Below, piece after piece: positions 24,260-39,300 of a stretch of 64,000 bases of DNA (position 1 is its first letter; each line of letters begins with the position of its first letter). A program made the translations under genes and the position numbers. The notes below the pieces were generated by a model. It did no database searches. It was not told the origin of the DNA and saw nothing but the letters and a program-made list of their open reading frames with translations. The stretch covers positions 5,853,488 to 5,917,487 of the forward strand of contig NC_057753.1 in NCBI RefSeq assembly GCF_004010195.1. Reading direction: 5' to 3'. Origin of the DNA: Chiloscyllium plagiosum (Eukaryota).

Positions 24260-26570
24260 TTGATTTGTTTTGACTTTCATGTAGAGAAATACAATGAAAA
24301 TTATTGCAATGCATGTGAACCAGATAATTTACAGCCTATGTAAGTACATTGGGATAATAGCAGAGAATTCAGAATAAAGTGCTATGACAGAGAACGCGCA
24401 GAGAAAGATCAAATATAATTCATAAGATTTCTGTTCATAAGTCTGATAACACCGGGCAAAAAACCGAGCCTTGGTACATGTTTTCGTGTCTTCTGCCCGA
24501 AGTAAAAGATGCAGGATTGTAAAACCTACATGGAAGTGGTCTTTAATTCTGTTGGCTGTTTTCTGGAGACAATCGGAATTTTAGACAGAGTCAATGGACA
24601 GAACACTAACTTCCTTGACTGACTGGGGTAAGCTCACAACCCTATATAATTTCTGTGATCTTTTGCACAGCAGTTTTCATATCAAAGTGTGATTCATCCG
24701 ATTAGGATGCTAACAATGGTGCATGTACAAAAATTGCTTAGTCATTGTAGACATGCCGAATTTCCTTCGTCATGTGAGGAATTACAGACATTGGTGCTTT
24801 CACCTTACTGTAGTGTCGAAGCGGATGGGCCAGAGCAGATCGTTGGTGCTACTTACTCATTGCAGCTCTTGAGAGCCACCAACTCAGCATCATTGACACA
24901 AACGGGAGCGTGATCTTCTCCCCGCTTCCTGAAGTAGATGACCAGCTCCTTCACTTTGCTGACATCGTTGTTTTTACATCATGCCACTGAGCTGTCTATT
25001 TCCTTCCTGTCCTTGTTTGAGATCTGACCAACTACAGTAGCGTTGTCAACTAATTTGCAAACGGGGTTCGAGCTGCATCTGACAATATAATCGTCAGTGT
25101 TTAATGAGTGCAATAAAGGATTGAGTATGAGGTCTAAAGTAAACAATTACCGGCCTGACGTGCGTTTCCTTGTCTTCCAGATGGTCCAGGGCTGCGTTTC
25201 GAGCCTGGTAGATGACAATCTTGGAGTCCCGTGTTTTTGTGTGCTACTACAAACCTCCGGAAGCATTTCATAACAGTGGAAGTCAGAGCCACTGGGCGAT
25301 AGTTCTCTAAGGCAGGCTGCCCGATTTTCCCCTGGCATCCGGATGACAGTTGTCCTCTTAACAAGGTGGGAATCTCACATCGTAGCAAGAAAAAATTAAA
25401 GATATCATCAAATACTCCCACTAGCTGAGCGATGCGGGTCCCAAGCGCACAGTAAGGATTCCATCCAGATCAGTTGCTTTCCGTGGGTTTGTTCTCAAGA
25501 AGGCTGATCTGACCTTGCAGCAGTAAATTTGGGTGCAGGTTCACCTGAGACCGTTGGGGCTGGTGACAACTTTTCACTGACCTTCACTTCAAAACGAGCA
25601 TAGAATGCATTCAGCTCATCGGGTTCGGCTGCACTGCTTCAGTGAATTGACTTCACTTTGCATTCGGTTATATCACGTAAGCCTTACCACACTTGGCCTG
25701 AGACTTTGGTTTAGACTGGTATTGTGTTTCGGTATTCATGGTGGTTTTGGGAAGATCAAGATTCGAATTTCCATATAGGTCAGGGTCACCTCACTTGAAC
25801 GCCTCAGACGTAGACGTTTTTAGAGTTTGGATCTTTTGGATGATGTGGCTCCTGATTAGGGAAAACTTGGATTTACTTCATCGGAGTACCCAGCCCTCGA
25901 AACATTCAGTGATGGAGTCTGTGACAGTAGGGATATTCTCAATAACGTTGACTGCTGAGATATTGAATATGGACCAGCCCAATGACTCCAGTCAGATCGT
26001 AGATCCTTCATTTCCTCAGACCTGCAATGAATGATTTTCTGTAATGGATTCTCACACTTGAGTTTTAGCTTGCAAGCGGGAGAAGAACCGTGGCCTAATG
26101 GTCTGATTTGCTAAAGTTTAGAACAGGGATTAGAAAGGTAGGCACCTTTAATGGTTGTACAGAAATGGTCCATGGTGTTTGCGCCATGGCAGAACAGAAG
26201 GCATGTTGGTGCAATCTTCACAGAACACTCTTGTGGTAGGCCTGGATGAAGTCAAAGGCTAAGGGGATTAAACCTTCGAGGTGTTCCATATCAAGGCTAT
26301 TTGGAGTGATGTATATTTCATCAAATGCGTTCTTCACTTCTACATTGTGTATAATATAGACTGCTGTCAGGACAGCCAAAGAAAATGACCGCAGCAGATA
26401 GAAGGGATGGTACCTCACCGTTCAATGTTCAAGTCCGGCGAGCAGTAACTCATCAGCTTCACCACATCGATGACCAAGTGATGTTGATTGTAAGGCAGAC
26501 CCATTCGCCCTTTGACTTGCCTGAGTACGCTGTATTTCAAAGCAGCCCAATTGCTGGACCCAAATACACA
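24260..26570 (-). mobile_element. Decayed Rex1/Babar-type LINE (paralog of 4570-6580)
   Basis: LENYRPVALTSTVMKCFRRFV matches the Rex1 RT motif NDYRPVALT..MKCFERLV. Confidence 0.8.
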
Positions 26571-27889
26571 AATTTTCATTTGCACCGGTAATTTGGGTAC
26601 TGTCTAAAAAATTAACAAAGATGTGTGTAAAGGTTCATTTGAGCAGTACCTTCCAAGTCCATCACCAAAACCACAGGGAAGGAAAAGGTCAGTAGCCGTT
26701 TGCTAAAAATATCACCAGCAAGTTCATCCCCAAGCTACTCACGACCCTGATTGGTAACATCATGCTCTTCCTTCAGTTTTACTTGGTGAAAACCCCAGAA
26801 CTCACTTCACACCCCTAACAGCATTGTGAACCTGTCTATAGGAAAAAAAGGCATAATTTCAAGAAGGCAACTGACCACTGTCTTCTCAGGGGAAATGAAT
26901 GGTGGGGCATAAGGCATGATCCAACCATCAACTATCACGTCCTGCTTTTGAAATAAAATGCATTGAAATGCATTAAAGGGTTTTTGTTTTTTTACCTGCT
27001 GACATACGAAATAATGCGCAGTGAAAACTCTTGTATTTACACTTTCTCCCAAAGAATAACTAATTTCAAAGTGGCCAATTTCACTTTAAAAGTTATTTGT
27101 AATTGTTTTAAAAAGTGGGAGCTCTTGAATTGATGAATGGCATGAGTTTTTAATGATGAGCATTTGTGAAGATTTTTTAAGGTAAATTCATCCAGAGACT
27201 TGTGGAAACTTTGTTTCATTATCCGAGGTACCTGACAGTGGTGCAGACTGAGTAGAATGGGAGTGCATCAGACTCAGTCTAAATTTGCAGCTGCAACAGG
27301 GTAGGGTGCATCGTATCTTGAAGATGAAAAATCTGCTTCGGAAGGCAGTGTTTGTGGAGATTAACTGATAGCTTAAAAATGACATTGTCTGAGGCAGACT
27401 GTGAACCTGTGATATGACAGCAATAACTGATTCCACACTGATTGAGACAGGGGCAAAGAGCAGAATGTGCCCCACACTATCCAAACTCGCTGTCAGCCCC
27501 CAAAAAGCAACAACGGTGCATCTTTAATAATCCCATCTCTGTGATGCAACGACGTCCAAACCGAGTCAGACCTTCCAATGGATGACGCAGGAGCTAAGGA
27601 GTAAGCATGGAGAGTACAGCACACTTACTAAATATTAACAACACTTACCCAATTCCTGAGTGAGTGAAGCTTTCAAATTAAACATCACCTGAGAAACTGT
27701 AGCTGATACATGCAAACAATTTGCTCCTTATGAGTATTTCTACTCTTTCAAAGGTGGAAAGAATACTTCTGATTTTATCAATGTTTGAAGCAGGTAGGTC
27801 TTGCCTTAGAAGCTTTGAAATCCTGAAAGCCCAGTCCTCAAAATGAAAAGTGACAGAAGTTGTTGCCACGCAGAAAAAAGGGAAGTGAT

Positions 27890-28047
27890 GGAGTCGAGAG
27901 TGTAGTGGTGAAAAAGCACAGCAGGCCAGGCAGAATCTGAGGAGCAGGAGAAGCGACGTTTCGGGCATAAGCCCGTCATCAGGCTGTGCTTTTCCAGCAT
28001 CACGCTCTCGACTCTGATCTCCAGCATCTGCAGTCTTCACTTTTTCC
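27890..28047. mobile_element. Penelope-like mini-element with hammerhead core on the minus strand
   Basis: Minus strand CTGATGA-C-GGGC-TTAT-GCCC-GAAAC-GTC; partial foldback. Absent at the paralogous site (~7970). Confidence 0.75.
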
Positions 28048-30240
28048 AAAGGGATGGGAGTGTTGCGTGTAAGTCAGTTGATGGATGACCATTTGGCGCA
28101 AGAAACTGTGGGTTTATTGCAAAACATCCACATATTTATTTGCAGTCTCACAGTTACTTGGAGTCATGTGAACTGCTTAAAGATGAGGGTATCCATATTA
28201 AAATAAAAATTGAGTGTTGATATGAAATCCAGGAACAAAAGTTGAAAGTAGATTGCAGTGTTCACAAGGAGTCACAGCTGAGTAGTGGAAGATGTGCATG
28301 ATGGTTTTGGTGATTCAGAGGAATGAACTGTGGCCTTCAGTTTTTTTTTTAAAATGATTACCTTTGTATCATTAAAATTCAGAATAAACTACTCCACAAA
28401 TTGCAAAGCAAAACTAAGAAGCTCAAAAGTTTAGCGGGATTGTGGGATGCCTGTCCAGAGATCACTCAAGTTGGATGAACAGGTTAATAAAGCAGTTAAT
28501 AATGCAAAAGGGACGCTTGTTTTTTTTTAAATCAGAGATGAAAAAGTTTAAACGGGCAGGGAATTAATTTCGGAATTACACAGACGTTTTTGACGCCATA
28601 AATAATGTAATGGATGCTTCTCTGAATACCACACGTTAAGAAAAGATGTGACTGCACTGGAGGGGGAGAAAGGAAATTCACCGACATTTTATCCGGAATG
28701 AAGTATTTCAGCATTGCAGAAAATTTATCGATAAACTTGGAGCAGTGAATGTTGAAGGGACCCTGTTAGAGTTGAGCAATATTATGAGGGACACGGACAG
28801 CGTGAATGGAAAGCAGTTGTTGCCCTGAAGTCGAGATTCAATAAGAATTGGGGAGTTGCGGGGTGGAGGTGGTGTGGAAGCAGACTGGTGCTAAGTGAAT
28901 GTCAAGAGGTTGAGTGGAGATGTGAGGATTTTTTATTTGTTTTGCTCATTTCTTGTCCCATGTACTGAGATAGAGTGAAACAATTGTATTGTGTGCTAAC
29001 CGTTCACAACTATGGTAAAACATTTTTAACAAGATGAACTTCCAAGTGCATCTTCCCATCATCATAAAGACAACCTAGATCCACCTCAGTAGCATATCCT
29101 GACTCTGCCCAAGTCTCACTCATCTGCTGCTGTTACTCTCATCCAATCCATTGGTTCCTCTAAACTTAACTACACCAATGCACACTCAACTGATAAAAAA
29201 TCACTCCACCATTATTGGCAATTCTACAATTTACCGAGGCCAGAACCTCTGGAATTTACTTTGTTAACGCCCGTGAGTCTCTACCTTCCTCTCCTCCATC
29301 AAAATGCACCCCCATACCTCACAATTCAGTCAAATATTTGAATCACCGATCATAACATCTGAGTATGTGTCTCGATGTTAAAAATGACATTTTTTTTTGT
29401 GAACGGACCTGGAGCATTGTATTACTTGCTGTCGTTGATTTCGACAAGTCACTGTTCCTTCATCATCATTGGGTTAATAAACTGGAAAAACATCTGTCAG
29501 TGTTGTAGGTTATCAGAGTATACTCGACAAAAAATATCAAAATGAGGAACAGCAATGAGGCATTGATATAAATTAATTAGCAAGTGCACAAGCCTGAAGC
29601 AAGACAATTAATATCGTACAAATAGTGATTTATGTCTGGAATACACTGGTGGGTTTGAGCTCTGAGCTCCCCAGCGAAATACAACATTTTTTGTACCCTT
29701 CACACTGGCGGGTGAAAGCAGGTTTACCTGAAACGTTCAGGACGGCATGGGAGATTATTCAAACTTGGACAAAGTGCAGAGGTACAGGTTAAAAGCAGGC
29801 AGAACCCATAGCATCAATTGGAAAGTTGGTGCAAACAGCCTATTGGCCTTATAGTACATTACTGCACCATGTGATTCACGATCTTCATCACATAGACTAC
29901 ATCAGTTCAAGCATGTGAAGCATTTTTACAGGTAACTGGATATTTCACAATGTATGTTAATCTTGTTAGTGAAGAGCAGGGAGTGTGATTAGTCGATGTG
30001 CTTTTACAGACAGCCAACCTGGACACAATGTGTTGCAACAAATCAATCTTCCAGCTACTCAGGAAATGAAGGCAGGCTACCAAACACAAAACTAACACAC
30101 GCTATGATATAAGCCATCTCCGTCTTCGATCGTTTCTGTTTCTTGATTCGGATCTGTGAGCAGAGCTTGCAATAAAACAATTACGCTTGCTGGAAATCTG
30201 AAAAAGAGAAAATGCGGGTGATACTCTGGAAAACAGATAT

Positions 30241-33200
30241 AGAAGAACAAAGAACAAAGAAAATTTACATCCCAGGAACAGGCCCTTTGGCCCTCCAAGC
30301 CTGAGCCGTTCCAAATCTACTGGCTAAACCTGTCGGTCAATTCCTAAGCATCTGTATCCCTCTGCTCCCCACCTACTCATGCATCTGTCCAGATGCATCT
30401 TAAATGAATCTTCCGTGCCTGCCTCTACCACCTCTGCTGGCAACGCGTTCCAAACGCCCACCACCCTCTTTGTGAAGTACTTGCCGCGTGTATCCCCTTT
30501 AAACTTTCCACCTCTCACCTTGAAAAATGACCTCTCGTTACTGAATCCTTCACCCTGGGAAAAAGCTTATCTCTATCCACCCTGTCTATACCCTTCATGA
30601 TTTTGTAAACCTCATTCAGGTCCTCCCTCAATCTCCTTTTTCCTAATGAAACAATCCTAACCTACTCAACCTTTCTTCATAGCTAGCAAATTCCATAACA
30701 GGCAACATCCTCGTAAACCTTCTCTGCAACCCCTTCAATGTGTCCACATCCTTTTGGTAATGTGGCGACCAGAACTGTACACAGTATTCTAAATGCACTG
30801 AACCAATGCCTTGTACAACTTCAACATGACTTGCCAGTTTTTATACTCAATACCCCGTCCAATGAAGGCAACCATACTATATGCCTTCTTGACCACTCTA
30901 TCCAGCTGTGCAGCAACCTTCAGAGTCCAATAGTCCTGCATTCCCGGATCTCTCTGCCCATCAACTTTTCCCAAGGCTCCTCTGTTCATTGTATAGTTCA
31001 CTCTGGAATTAGTCTTGCCTAAATGCCTGAACTGAAATCCATCTGCCACTTTTCCGCCCAACTCTCCAGTCTATCTATATTCTCCTGTATTCTCTGACAG
31101 TTCCTTGTGTTTTCTGCTACTCCACCAATCTTCGTGTCACCTGCAAACTTGATGATCATACCAACAGTGTCCTTTTCCAAATCATTTAGGTATACCATTG
31201 GTCACCTTTCTCCATTTCGAGAAACTCCCTTCTACTACTTTCTGTTTCCTGTTGCTCAACGAGTTCTTTATCCACCTCGCTAGAACACCCTGGACACCAT
31301 GTGACTTCACTTTCTCCATTAGTCTACTATGGGGAACTTTATCAAACGCCTTACTAAAGTCCATGTATGTGACATCAACAGCCCTTCCTTCATCTTTCAA
31401 CTTGGTCACTTCCTCGAAGAACTCTATTAAGTTGGTAAGGCACGATCTCCCCTGCACAAAACCATGTTGCCTATCACTGATAACCTCATTATTTTCTCAA
31501 TATAAATAGATCCTGTCCCTCAGTACCCTCTCCAGCAACCTTCCCACCACAGACATCAGGCTCACTGGTCTGTAGTTACCCAGAATATCCCTACTACCCT
31601 TCTTGTACAGGGGGACAACATGAGCAAACTTCCATTCCTCCAGCACCTCACCTGTATTTAAGGCTGCCACAAAGATCCCAGCTATTTCCTCTCTCACCTC
31701 CCTCAGAAACTTGGGATAGATCCCACCCGGTCCTGTGGATTTGTCCACATTCATAACCTCTAGCCTACCCAATACATCTTCACTACGTATCTCAACGCAA
31801 TCCAGACTAATCAAGCTTCTATCTCTAATCTCAAGATTCCTCATGTTCCTCTTCTCAGTGAACACTGATGAGTAATCACTCAGAACCTCACGCATTCTCT
31901 CAGGTTCGACACACAGCCTTCCTTCATTATCTTTTAGTGGACTAATCCTTTTCTAGTTGCCAATTGCTTCTTATATAAGAATAAAATACTTTGGGATTCT
32001 CCTTAATTCTGCTCACTAAAGCTATTTCATGACCCCTCTTAGCCCGCTTGATTCCTCATTTAAGTCTTGCCCGACTCTTCTGAAATTCATCCAGGGCCCG
32101 TTCTGTTCTTAACTGCCTGGACCTTATGTATGCTTCCCTTTTCCTCTTGGCTAGTCGTACAATTTTTCCTGTCATCCACGATTCATGAATCTTGCCCTTC
32201 CTATCCTTTGCCTTCAACGGGACATGTCTACCCTGCACTTTCTTTTACCTATCTTTGAAAGCCTCCCAAATATCAAATGTGGACTTCCTCCAATCAACAT
32301 TTCCAAGCTCCTGCCTAATTTTGATATAATTTGCCTTGGCCCGGTTTAATACTCTGCCCTTAGGAGCACTCTCAAAGATCCCAGCTATTTCCTCTCTCAC
32401 CTCCCTCAGAAACTTGGGATAGATCCCACCCGGTCCTGTGGATTTGTCCACATTCATAACCTCTAGCCTACCCAACACATCTTCACTACGTATCTCAACG
32501 CAATCCAGACTAATCAAGCTTCTATCTCTAATCTCAAGATTCCTCATGTTCCTCTTCTCAGTGAACACTGATGAGTAATCACTCAGAACCTCACCCATTC
32601 TCTCAGGTTCGACACACAGCCTTCCTTCATTATCCTTTAGTGGACTAATCCTTTCTCTAGTTACCAATTGCTTCTTATATAAGAATAAAATACTTTGGGA
32701 TTCTCCTTAATTCTGCTCACTAAAGCTATTTCATGACCCCTCTTAGCCCACTTGATTCCTCATTTAAGTCTTGCCCGACTCTTCCGAAATTCCTCCAGGG
32801 CCCGTTCTGTTCTTAACTACCTGGACCTTATGTATGCTTCCCTTTTCCTCTTGGCTAGTCGTACAATTTTTCCTGCCATCCACGATTCATGAATCTTGCC
32901 CTTCCTATCCTTTGCCTTCAACTGGACATGCCTACCCTGCACTTTCTTTTACCTATCTTTGAAAGCCTCCCAAATATCAAATGTGGACTTCCTCCAATCA
33001 ACTTTTCCAAGCTCCTGCCTAATTTTGATATAATTGACCTTGGCCCAGTTTAATACTCTGCCCTTAGGAGCACTCTCAACTTTATCTACGAGTACTCTAA
33101 AACTTACAGAATTGTGATCACTGTTCCCAAAGAAATTCCCACCACACCTTCTACCACTTCTCCTCGCTCGTTCCCCAGTACCAGGTCCAATGTGGCCCCT

Positions 33201-33570
33201 TCTCTCATCGGAGTATTGGCATACTGCTCAAGAAAATTCTCCTGGCTGCTTCTTACAAATTCCACCCCATCCATGCCTCTGACTCTATATGTATCCCAGT
33301 CAATGTTGGGAAAATTACAATTTCCCATCACCACTACCCTATTTCATCCAAAACTTTCCATAATCTATTTCCTATTTGTTCTTCTACCTCACGCTCACTG
33401 TTGGGAGGCCTGTAATACAGCCCCAACAACGTAACTGCACCCTTCTTATTTCTCAGATCCACCCATAATGCCTCACTACCCAAGACCTCCATTGTGTCTT
33501 ACTTTAGCACAGCCATGATATCGTCCCTGACCAGCAATGCAGCTGCACCCCCTTTTTACTTCTCTCCCTG
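30241..33570 (-). mobile_element. CR1 LINE, most of ORF2 (APE endonuclease + RT), disrupted, with internal duplication
   Basis: MGNCNFPNIDW..ATLDLVLGN (EN); GNYRPVSLMSVVG; SCLTNLIEFFEEVT..DFSKAFDKVPH (RT); 3' tail repeats gaacaaagaacaaa at 30244. Confidence 0.93.
31671..33077. repeat. ~703-bp direct tandem duplication inside the CR1
   Basis: Units start aaagatcccagctatttcc at 31671 and 32374 and end taggagcactctc. Near-identical with scattered substitutions. Confidence 0.92.
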
Positions 33571-35599
33571 CCCTGCATGTCTACAGCGCAGAAAAAAGTA
33601 TCCTGAGGTTCAGCGTGTCTACACTAGTCAAAAACATGTAGAAATAAAGGCAGTTAAATTTTCATGTTCTACAGAATGATCCACGGTAAACCAAAGAGGT
33701 ATCGAATTTGAGGATCAATCTGAGCTCAGACCTACAACAGAAAAACGATCCTTAACTGTGAAAGATGCAGTAATAAGATGAAACTTTTAAGAGAGCAATA
33801 AGTAGATAAGAGATGAGCAGCATTGTGAACCTTATTTAGACACTGTTGGCAGAAATAAGAGTGAAATACTAAACAGGTATAAAAGACGTCTATGACTAGA
33901 GACAGAGGAAGTTATTCAATGGCAATGTGATGTTCTGGGAGGGCAGTGGTGAAGCAGAGTTATGGAGGGTCATGGTCTTAGATTCACTGGATAGATTCAC
34001 AGTCCAGAGCCTCATAACCTCCCACAAATAACAAAGCATAGGCAACTTGGAAAATCACTACATGAATGAATTTGCCCTAAACACTCATTTGTTAAACAGT
34101 CTCACTGTTTACAATGGAGCCTGGATCGAGATCAAAAGTATTGGAATCCGAGGCAATAACTCCTAGTTGAATGAATCCTGGGGCAGCGGATGATGTCACG
34201 TGCAATTATCGCTGCGTGGTGACATCAGACGCAGGAATACAGAAAATCTGGATCTATGCAAACCAGAGACCACAACGCAATATGAAGCATGGCAGTCTGT
34301 CTGAGATTTACAGGAATGGTTCAAGAGATAGGAACTTCAGTTACATTGTGATGTTTCAAATCGTCTGTTTGGACTGAATTAGATTGAGCAGAGATGTGTT
34401 TGCCAAAGATGAGTGTTTGGTATATAAGAAAATGTTAGTTGTCCATAAAGAAGGGACAACGATTGAAGATTCTGATGAAGTGACATGGAGAGAATGTGAG
34501 TAAAAGCTGTATGCTACAGGGAATAATGCTTTGGAACTCAACGCTTACATTCAAAGTTCTCTGCGATGAAGCAGGTGATTCTGTGCGGTTTTTGGATGAT
34601 ACTTGGTTTCAGTTTCCTATCTGCAAAGCCATGTTCTTTCCTGTAAAATAAGATGACAACATTTATCACAGCCAAGCCAGGATATAAATTCAACCTGGGG
34701 AATATGTTAGGTTGGCAACAGAGGATTGCCGATGGACAACAACAATGACAACAGGGTGCATTTATATAACAGTTCGAACCCAATAACATTAACATTCCTT
34801 ACATTAAAATAGCCCTTGCTTCTCTCCCCAGTTGGTTCTTGAACATTGTTGTAGGAACAAATATCAAAGAGGAGGCCTATATCCTGTGTTGCTTAGCACA
34901 AGCGAGCTTTATTGCCACACATATTGGTGAAGTCAGAGGCCACCAGGAATCTGGCTTTGATGTGGAGCCCAGTTGCCCTCTTGATCGCAATTCAGATCGG
35001 AAGGTCAATGAGCTCTGAACTCCCCAGCGAAATACAAAACTCTTTGTACCCTTCACGTTAAAATAATTACATGCAACATTGGCATCTTTGTAAACCACAT
35101 CCCCGAATCTATACATCCAATTCAGTTAATGCACATTCAGTGATGAATAACTCACTCTACAGCTCATCGTCCTCCGAAAATCTCATGATGTCTGCCAGTT
35201 ATTTCCACACTCTGTCTGTGGGATCTTATAACGATTTACTTATATTTATTTATTATAACGAAGGAATAACAGATTTATTCCTTCCCAGGCATTTCCCAGC
35301 TTTATCGCATTATTAAACAATAACATAAATTGTTGCTTTTTCACTAAGAACTCTTCCAAAATCTATCTTAAATGTTGTATAGCAGACTAGGAAGCATATT
35401 AATTTCAATTGTCATAATGTTTTTTTAAAAAAAACTGCTCCAATATAAAGTTAATGTGACACAGCTGACAAATTGAGAAAAGTCACTTTCTCACTTCAGC
35501 TTGGGAGATCAAACTTCCTCTGAATTGCAACTGCAGTTTTCGACCCTTGCTATTTGCATGCCGTAAGTCGATTTAACTAAATTTGGCTTTTATATCTAC

Positions 35600-36320
35600 A
35601 GGATTATGATATAAAAGTAAGAAGGCATTGTTGCAATTGCAAAACGTATTGGTGAGATCGCCCCTGGAGTATTGTGCACAGTGTTTGTCTCCTTATTTGA
35701 GGAAACATATAATGGCATTGGAGGCAGTTTAGAGGAGGTTTACTACATCTATTCCAGAGATGAGTGGTTTGCTTTTCGAGGAGTGATTGAACTATTTAGA
35801 CCTTTACTCTCTGGAATTTAGAAGAATGACGGGAGATGAAATTAAGGTATTCAAGATGATAAGAGATGTGGATGTATTAGATGTGGAACAAATGCTTCAT
35901 CTTGCGGGGCATTCTCGAACGAGAGGTTATGGTCTTAGGATACGGATAAGAAAACTTAAAACAGATTTAAGGAGGAACTACTTCTCCCAGAGGGGTGTGA
36001 ATCTGTGGAATTCGCTAACCCAAACTGTAGTGGATACTAGCCCCGTGAGCTGAAAATGTGTTGCTGGAAAAGCGCAGCAGGTCAGGCAGCATCCAAGGAA
36101 CAGGAGAATCGACGTTTCGGGCATAAGACCTTCTTCAGGAACTAGCCCAGTGAGTAAATTTAAGGAAGATTTGAGCAGATTTTTAAAAATTGGTAATGAG
36201 TAGAAGGGATATGGAGAGAAGGCTGGAAAATGGGGGATGTGTTGTATATCAGCGATGATCGAATGATACAGCAGACGTGATGGGCTGAATGACTTAATTC
36301 TGCTCCTGTATCTTATGAGC
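35600..36320 (+). mobile_element. CR1 3' fragment containing a 91-bp Penelope-like insert (36050-36140)
   Basis: LDLYSLEFRRMTGDEIKVFKMIR..FSQRGVNLWNSL. The insert is flanked by actagccc(c/a)gtgag (36036-36049 / 36141-36154). Confidence 0.85.
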
Positions 36321-39300
36321 TGATGAAATATAAGGCAAAGCCTAAAAGAATAGGGAAATCGTGTTGGAGTTGAACAGAAGTTTGCAGATAGTACAATTCG
36401 GAATTTTGTCACCACATTACGAGGGATGCGAGGGGGTGCACAGCATACATGGATAGGAAAGCTTCAGAATGTTTTGGGCCAAGTTCAGGGAAATGGGGAA
36501 GGAGTGGATAGACATTTTGGGAGGAATGGAAAAGTTTGGACCAATGGGCATGTCTTCATGCTGTAGGGCTCTGCTGTTTGACATAGGCGCAGTGGGATGA
36601 AGGGGCGCCTTTCTGCTGCCTGATTTTATGAAATCCTGACTGTAGCTCCCTTGTATACCGGAGGGCACGCTGAATCCTCCTGACATATGCTGTTGAGACA
36701 GATGTTATCGACACAGTTTGAAAGTTACTAGCCAGCTCCCAGTTTGTCATGGGCAACACCAATAATGTTGGTTGTCGTAGAATATATCTCCAGCTTCTTA
36801 TTTTAAAATAATACATGTAACAGTCACTTGTCTCTTACTCAAGGATGCCCTGTTTGCAATATTTCAATCTCCTTGTTTGTTAAGAACCAAAATAAAATGT
36901 TTTACCATGGGGGAGATAGACGCAAAAGTCTAGTCACAAACAAAGTCTAACTGTAAGTCTCCATTAAAAAAAAGGTACAGATAGTATTCACATACAAATA
37001 CACATAATTAGGCGAAATATATGCAATGAGAGAGAGGCATATACTACTACCAGACAGAGGAACATAACACAAGAAAGTGTGTTAAGTCTCAACTAACACT
37101 ACTTGTATCTCATTCTGTTAGTGGTAGGGGTGAGTGTTCATTCTCCCAGTGTCTGTTTTGGTGCTTCAGCAGCTGTTAGAATTATATGTGGCACTGAGAA
37201 CCAACATCCGTTTCTGTTTTGACAGTAGATCGAGCGCTTGAATCTCTCCCTACACGCAGAGTAATTTGACCTGTCGCCACAGCTACGAATGTATAGGTGG
37301 GGCTGCATGTTACAAGAGCGTTTGAGATCATCACAGTTGAAGATTCGCTCCACCGTGCTGTTGTAGTATGGTTCCCTACTTGGGTGGAGCACATGAACCT
37401 GTGTTGCAATTCCATCAGGCAAAATGCTTCCGCACGCAGCGAATGTTCAGCAGAGTTATTACTTTTGAGGAGATCTTGAATCTTTTCTTGAATTTAGAAT
37501 ATGGGAGCACGCAAGATGGCCACGTGACACTGCGATTCCGCAACTGGAAGGTGTGACTGAATTGCTGTCTACACCAGACAGGCCTCTCAGTGGTATCATA
37601 ATCCTCCCGTCCGTTCTAACACGTTGCAGCTCCAGCAGATTGAAATATTGTGTGAAGTTTATCATGTACATTCTACAGTCGAAAGCCTGTGACTGGTTGT
37701 GAATTCATGTTTGGTCAGAAAAGTTCAAATCCCGTATTGAAATCCACTGAGTCCCCATTCATTCTTTGTAACAATGTGGGGATTATCCCTCCAAAGCGCG
37801 GATCCCTAAGACCACAGCACTGCTTGACTACCCGCTCCACTACCCCATCCCTACAACATACTCCGTCTCTTCTTTACTGGTCAAAGCTCTTTCCTTGTTT
37901 TACAATGCTGAAGCGCCTGGTAGTGTTGACAAGTAGCAGACTTTAGTCTATTAAGCTACTAGTGGATTCTATTGCATCTTGGAAACATTTTCAAAGTATG
38001 ATGAGCTACCAGCTGTCTCCAATGCACCTGAAGCTGGATGTAGAAGATTTGAACGTATTTCTTCATTTTCTTTTAAATTTGAGATCATTTTCCACCAAGA
38101 ATCAACAAATGGGAAATATAGTTTCGAACTGCATTTTAAAAGGAATCCAATTTTTTACGTCTCTTGACATTTTATTGATTTCGTTATAATTATTAACTAG
38201 CTGCACAGAAGCAAGACATATTGAAATTGGGATAACAATTTTCCGTCTCTCACTATTGGGTGGGTTCTTCTTGATCAAGTAATTTGCTGTGTTATTTCTT
38301 CTATTCTGAGTCTCAATGTTCAGATCCAAATGGAAGTCACCTGAACATGCACAAGTCTCAATTCTGGTTAATCAAGTATTGTCCAGATAAGTGAGCAAGC
38401 CAGTGAGATCGCCAGTGAAGTAATGGGTTGTGCTAAATTGCAAATATTTTAATTTCAAAGGAATAATGTCCGAACGAGGAGCAGTGTTTTTTTTTCTCCC
38501 TCGGGAGCAGTACTGGGAGAATTTGCAATATAACTAAAAAGTTTTGCATGATCTCAGCAGTCATTTAGTTCATCCAAGAATCAGACTGCAGATCTGAGTG
38601 ACGACAAAGGAATAGAAGTTTTCTCCTTAGTTGCCTACAGTAGAAAAAAAGGACAAGCAACCAGGATAAATGCGAAGGTGTAGCAACAGCCCCAGGTTCA
38701 ATCATCAGATTAGCTAGCAGAAGGATTTTTGTCTCTGTTCAGGGTATTGTTGAATTCGAGGTCACTGATATACATCCATCATTGACTGATCACATGTATG
38801 AACTGTGCCTGTAGCACCTTAATGGCCATGTTTCACCACTCTCACCATGTGTGCAAGGACCAATGAAATGTATGCACAGGCAGGGATCACAGATCACGAC
38901 GAAAATGAAGAATGAAATAAGAGACAACATGTCATGTGTACGAGATCTCATGCCCACGACGGAAGAGGTATAGGAAATGGGATAGAAGGCAGAGTACACA
39001 ACTGTTATTAGAGAGCTCGGCGAGGTGTCCTGAGCAGGTGAATGGGCATTCGTTGAGCTGAAGAAATCCTCCACAAATTAAAGAACAATATGCTCACATG
39101 TGGAGAGATATTAAGTTCCGGGTCATCATCTATCATTGGAAATCATGCCTTCTCAACACTCTCAATAATTCACGCAAGCAATCTGCAAGTTTTGTCAGAA
39201 GTTTAAACAATGCAAACGTGTATTAAATCTGAACTTGGGAAACATCTTAATAATTGTTTATTCACTCTGTTTGCACATAGTTGCATCTAATTCATGATGG

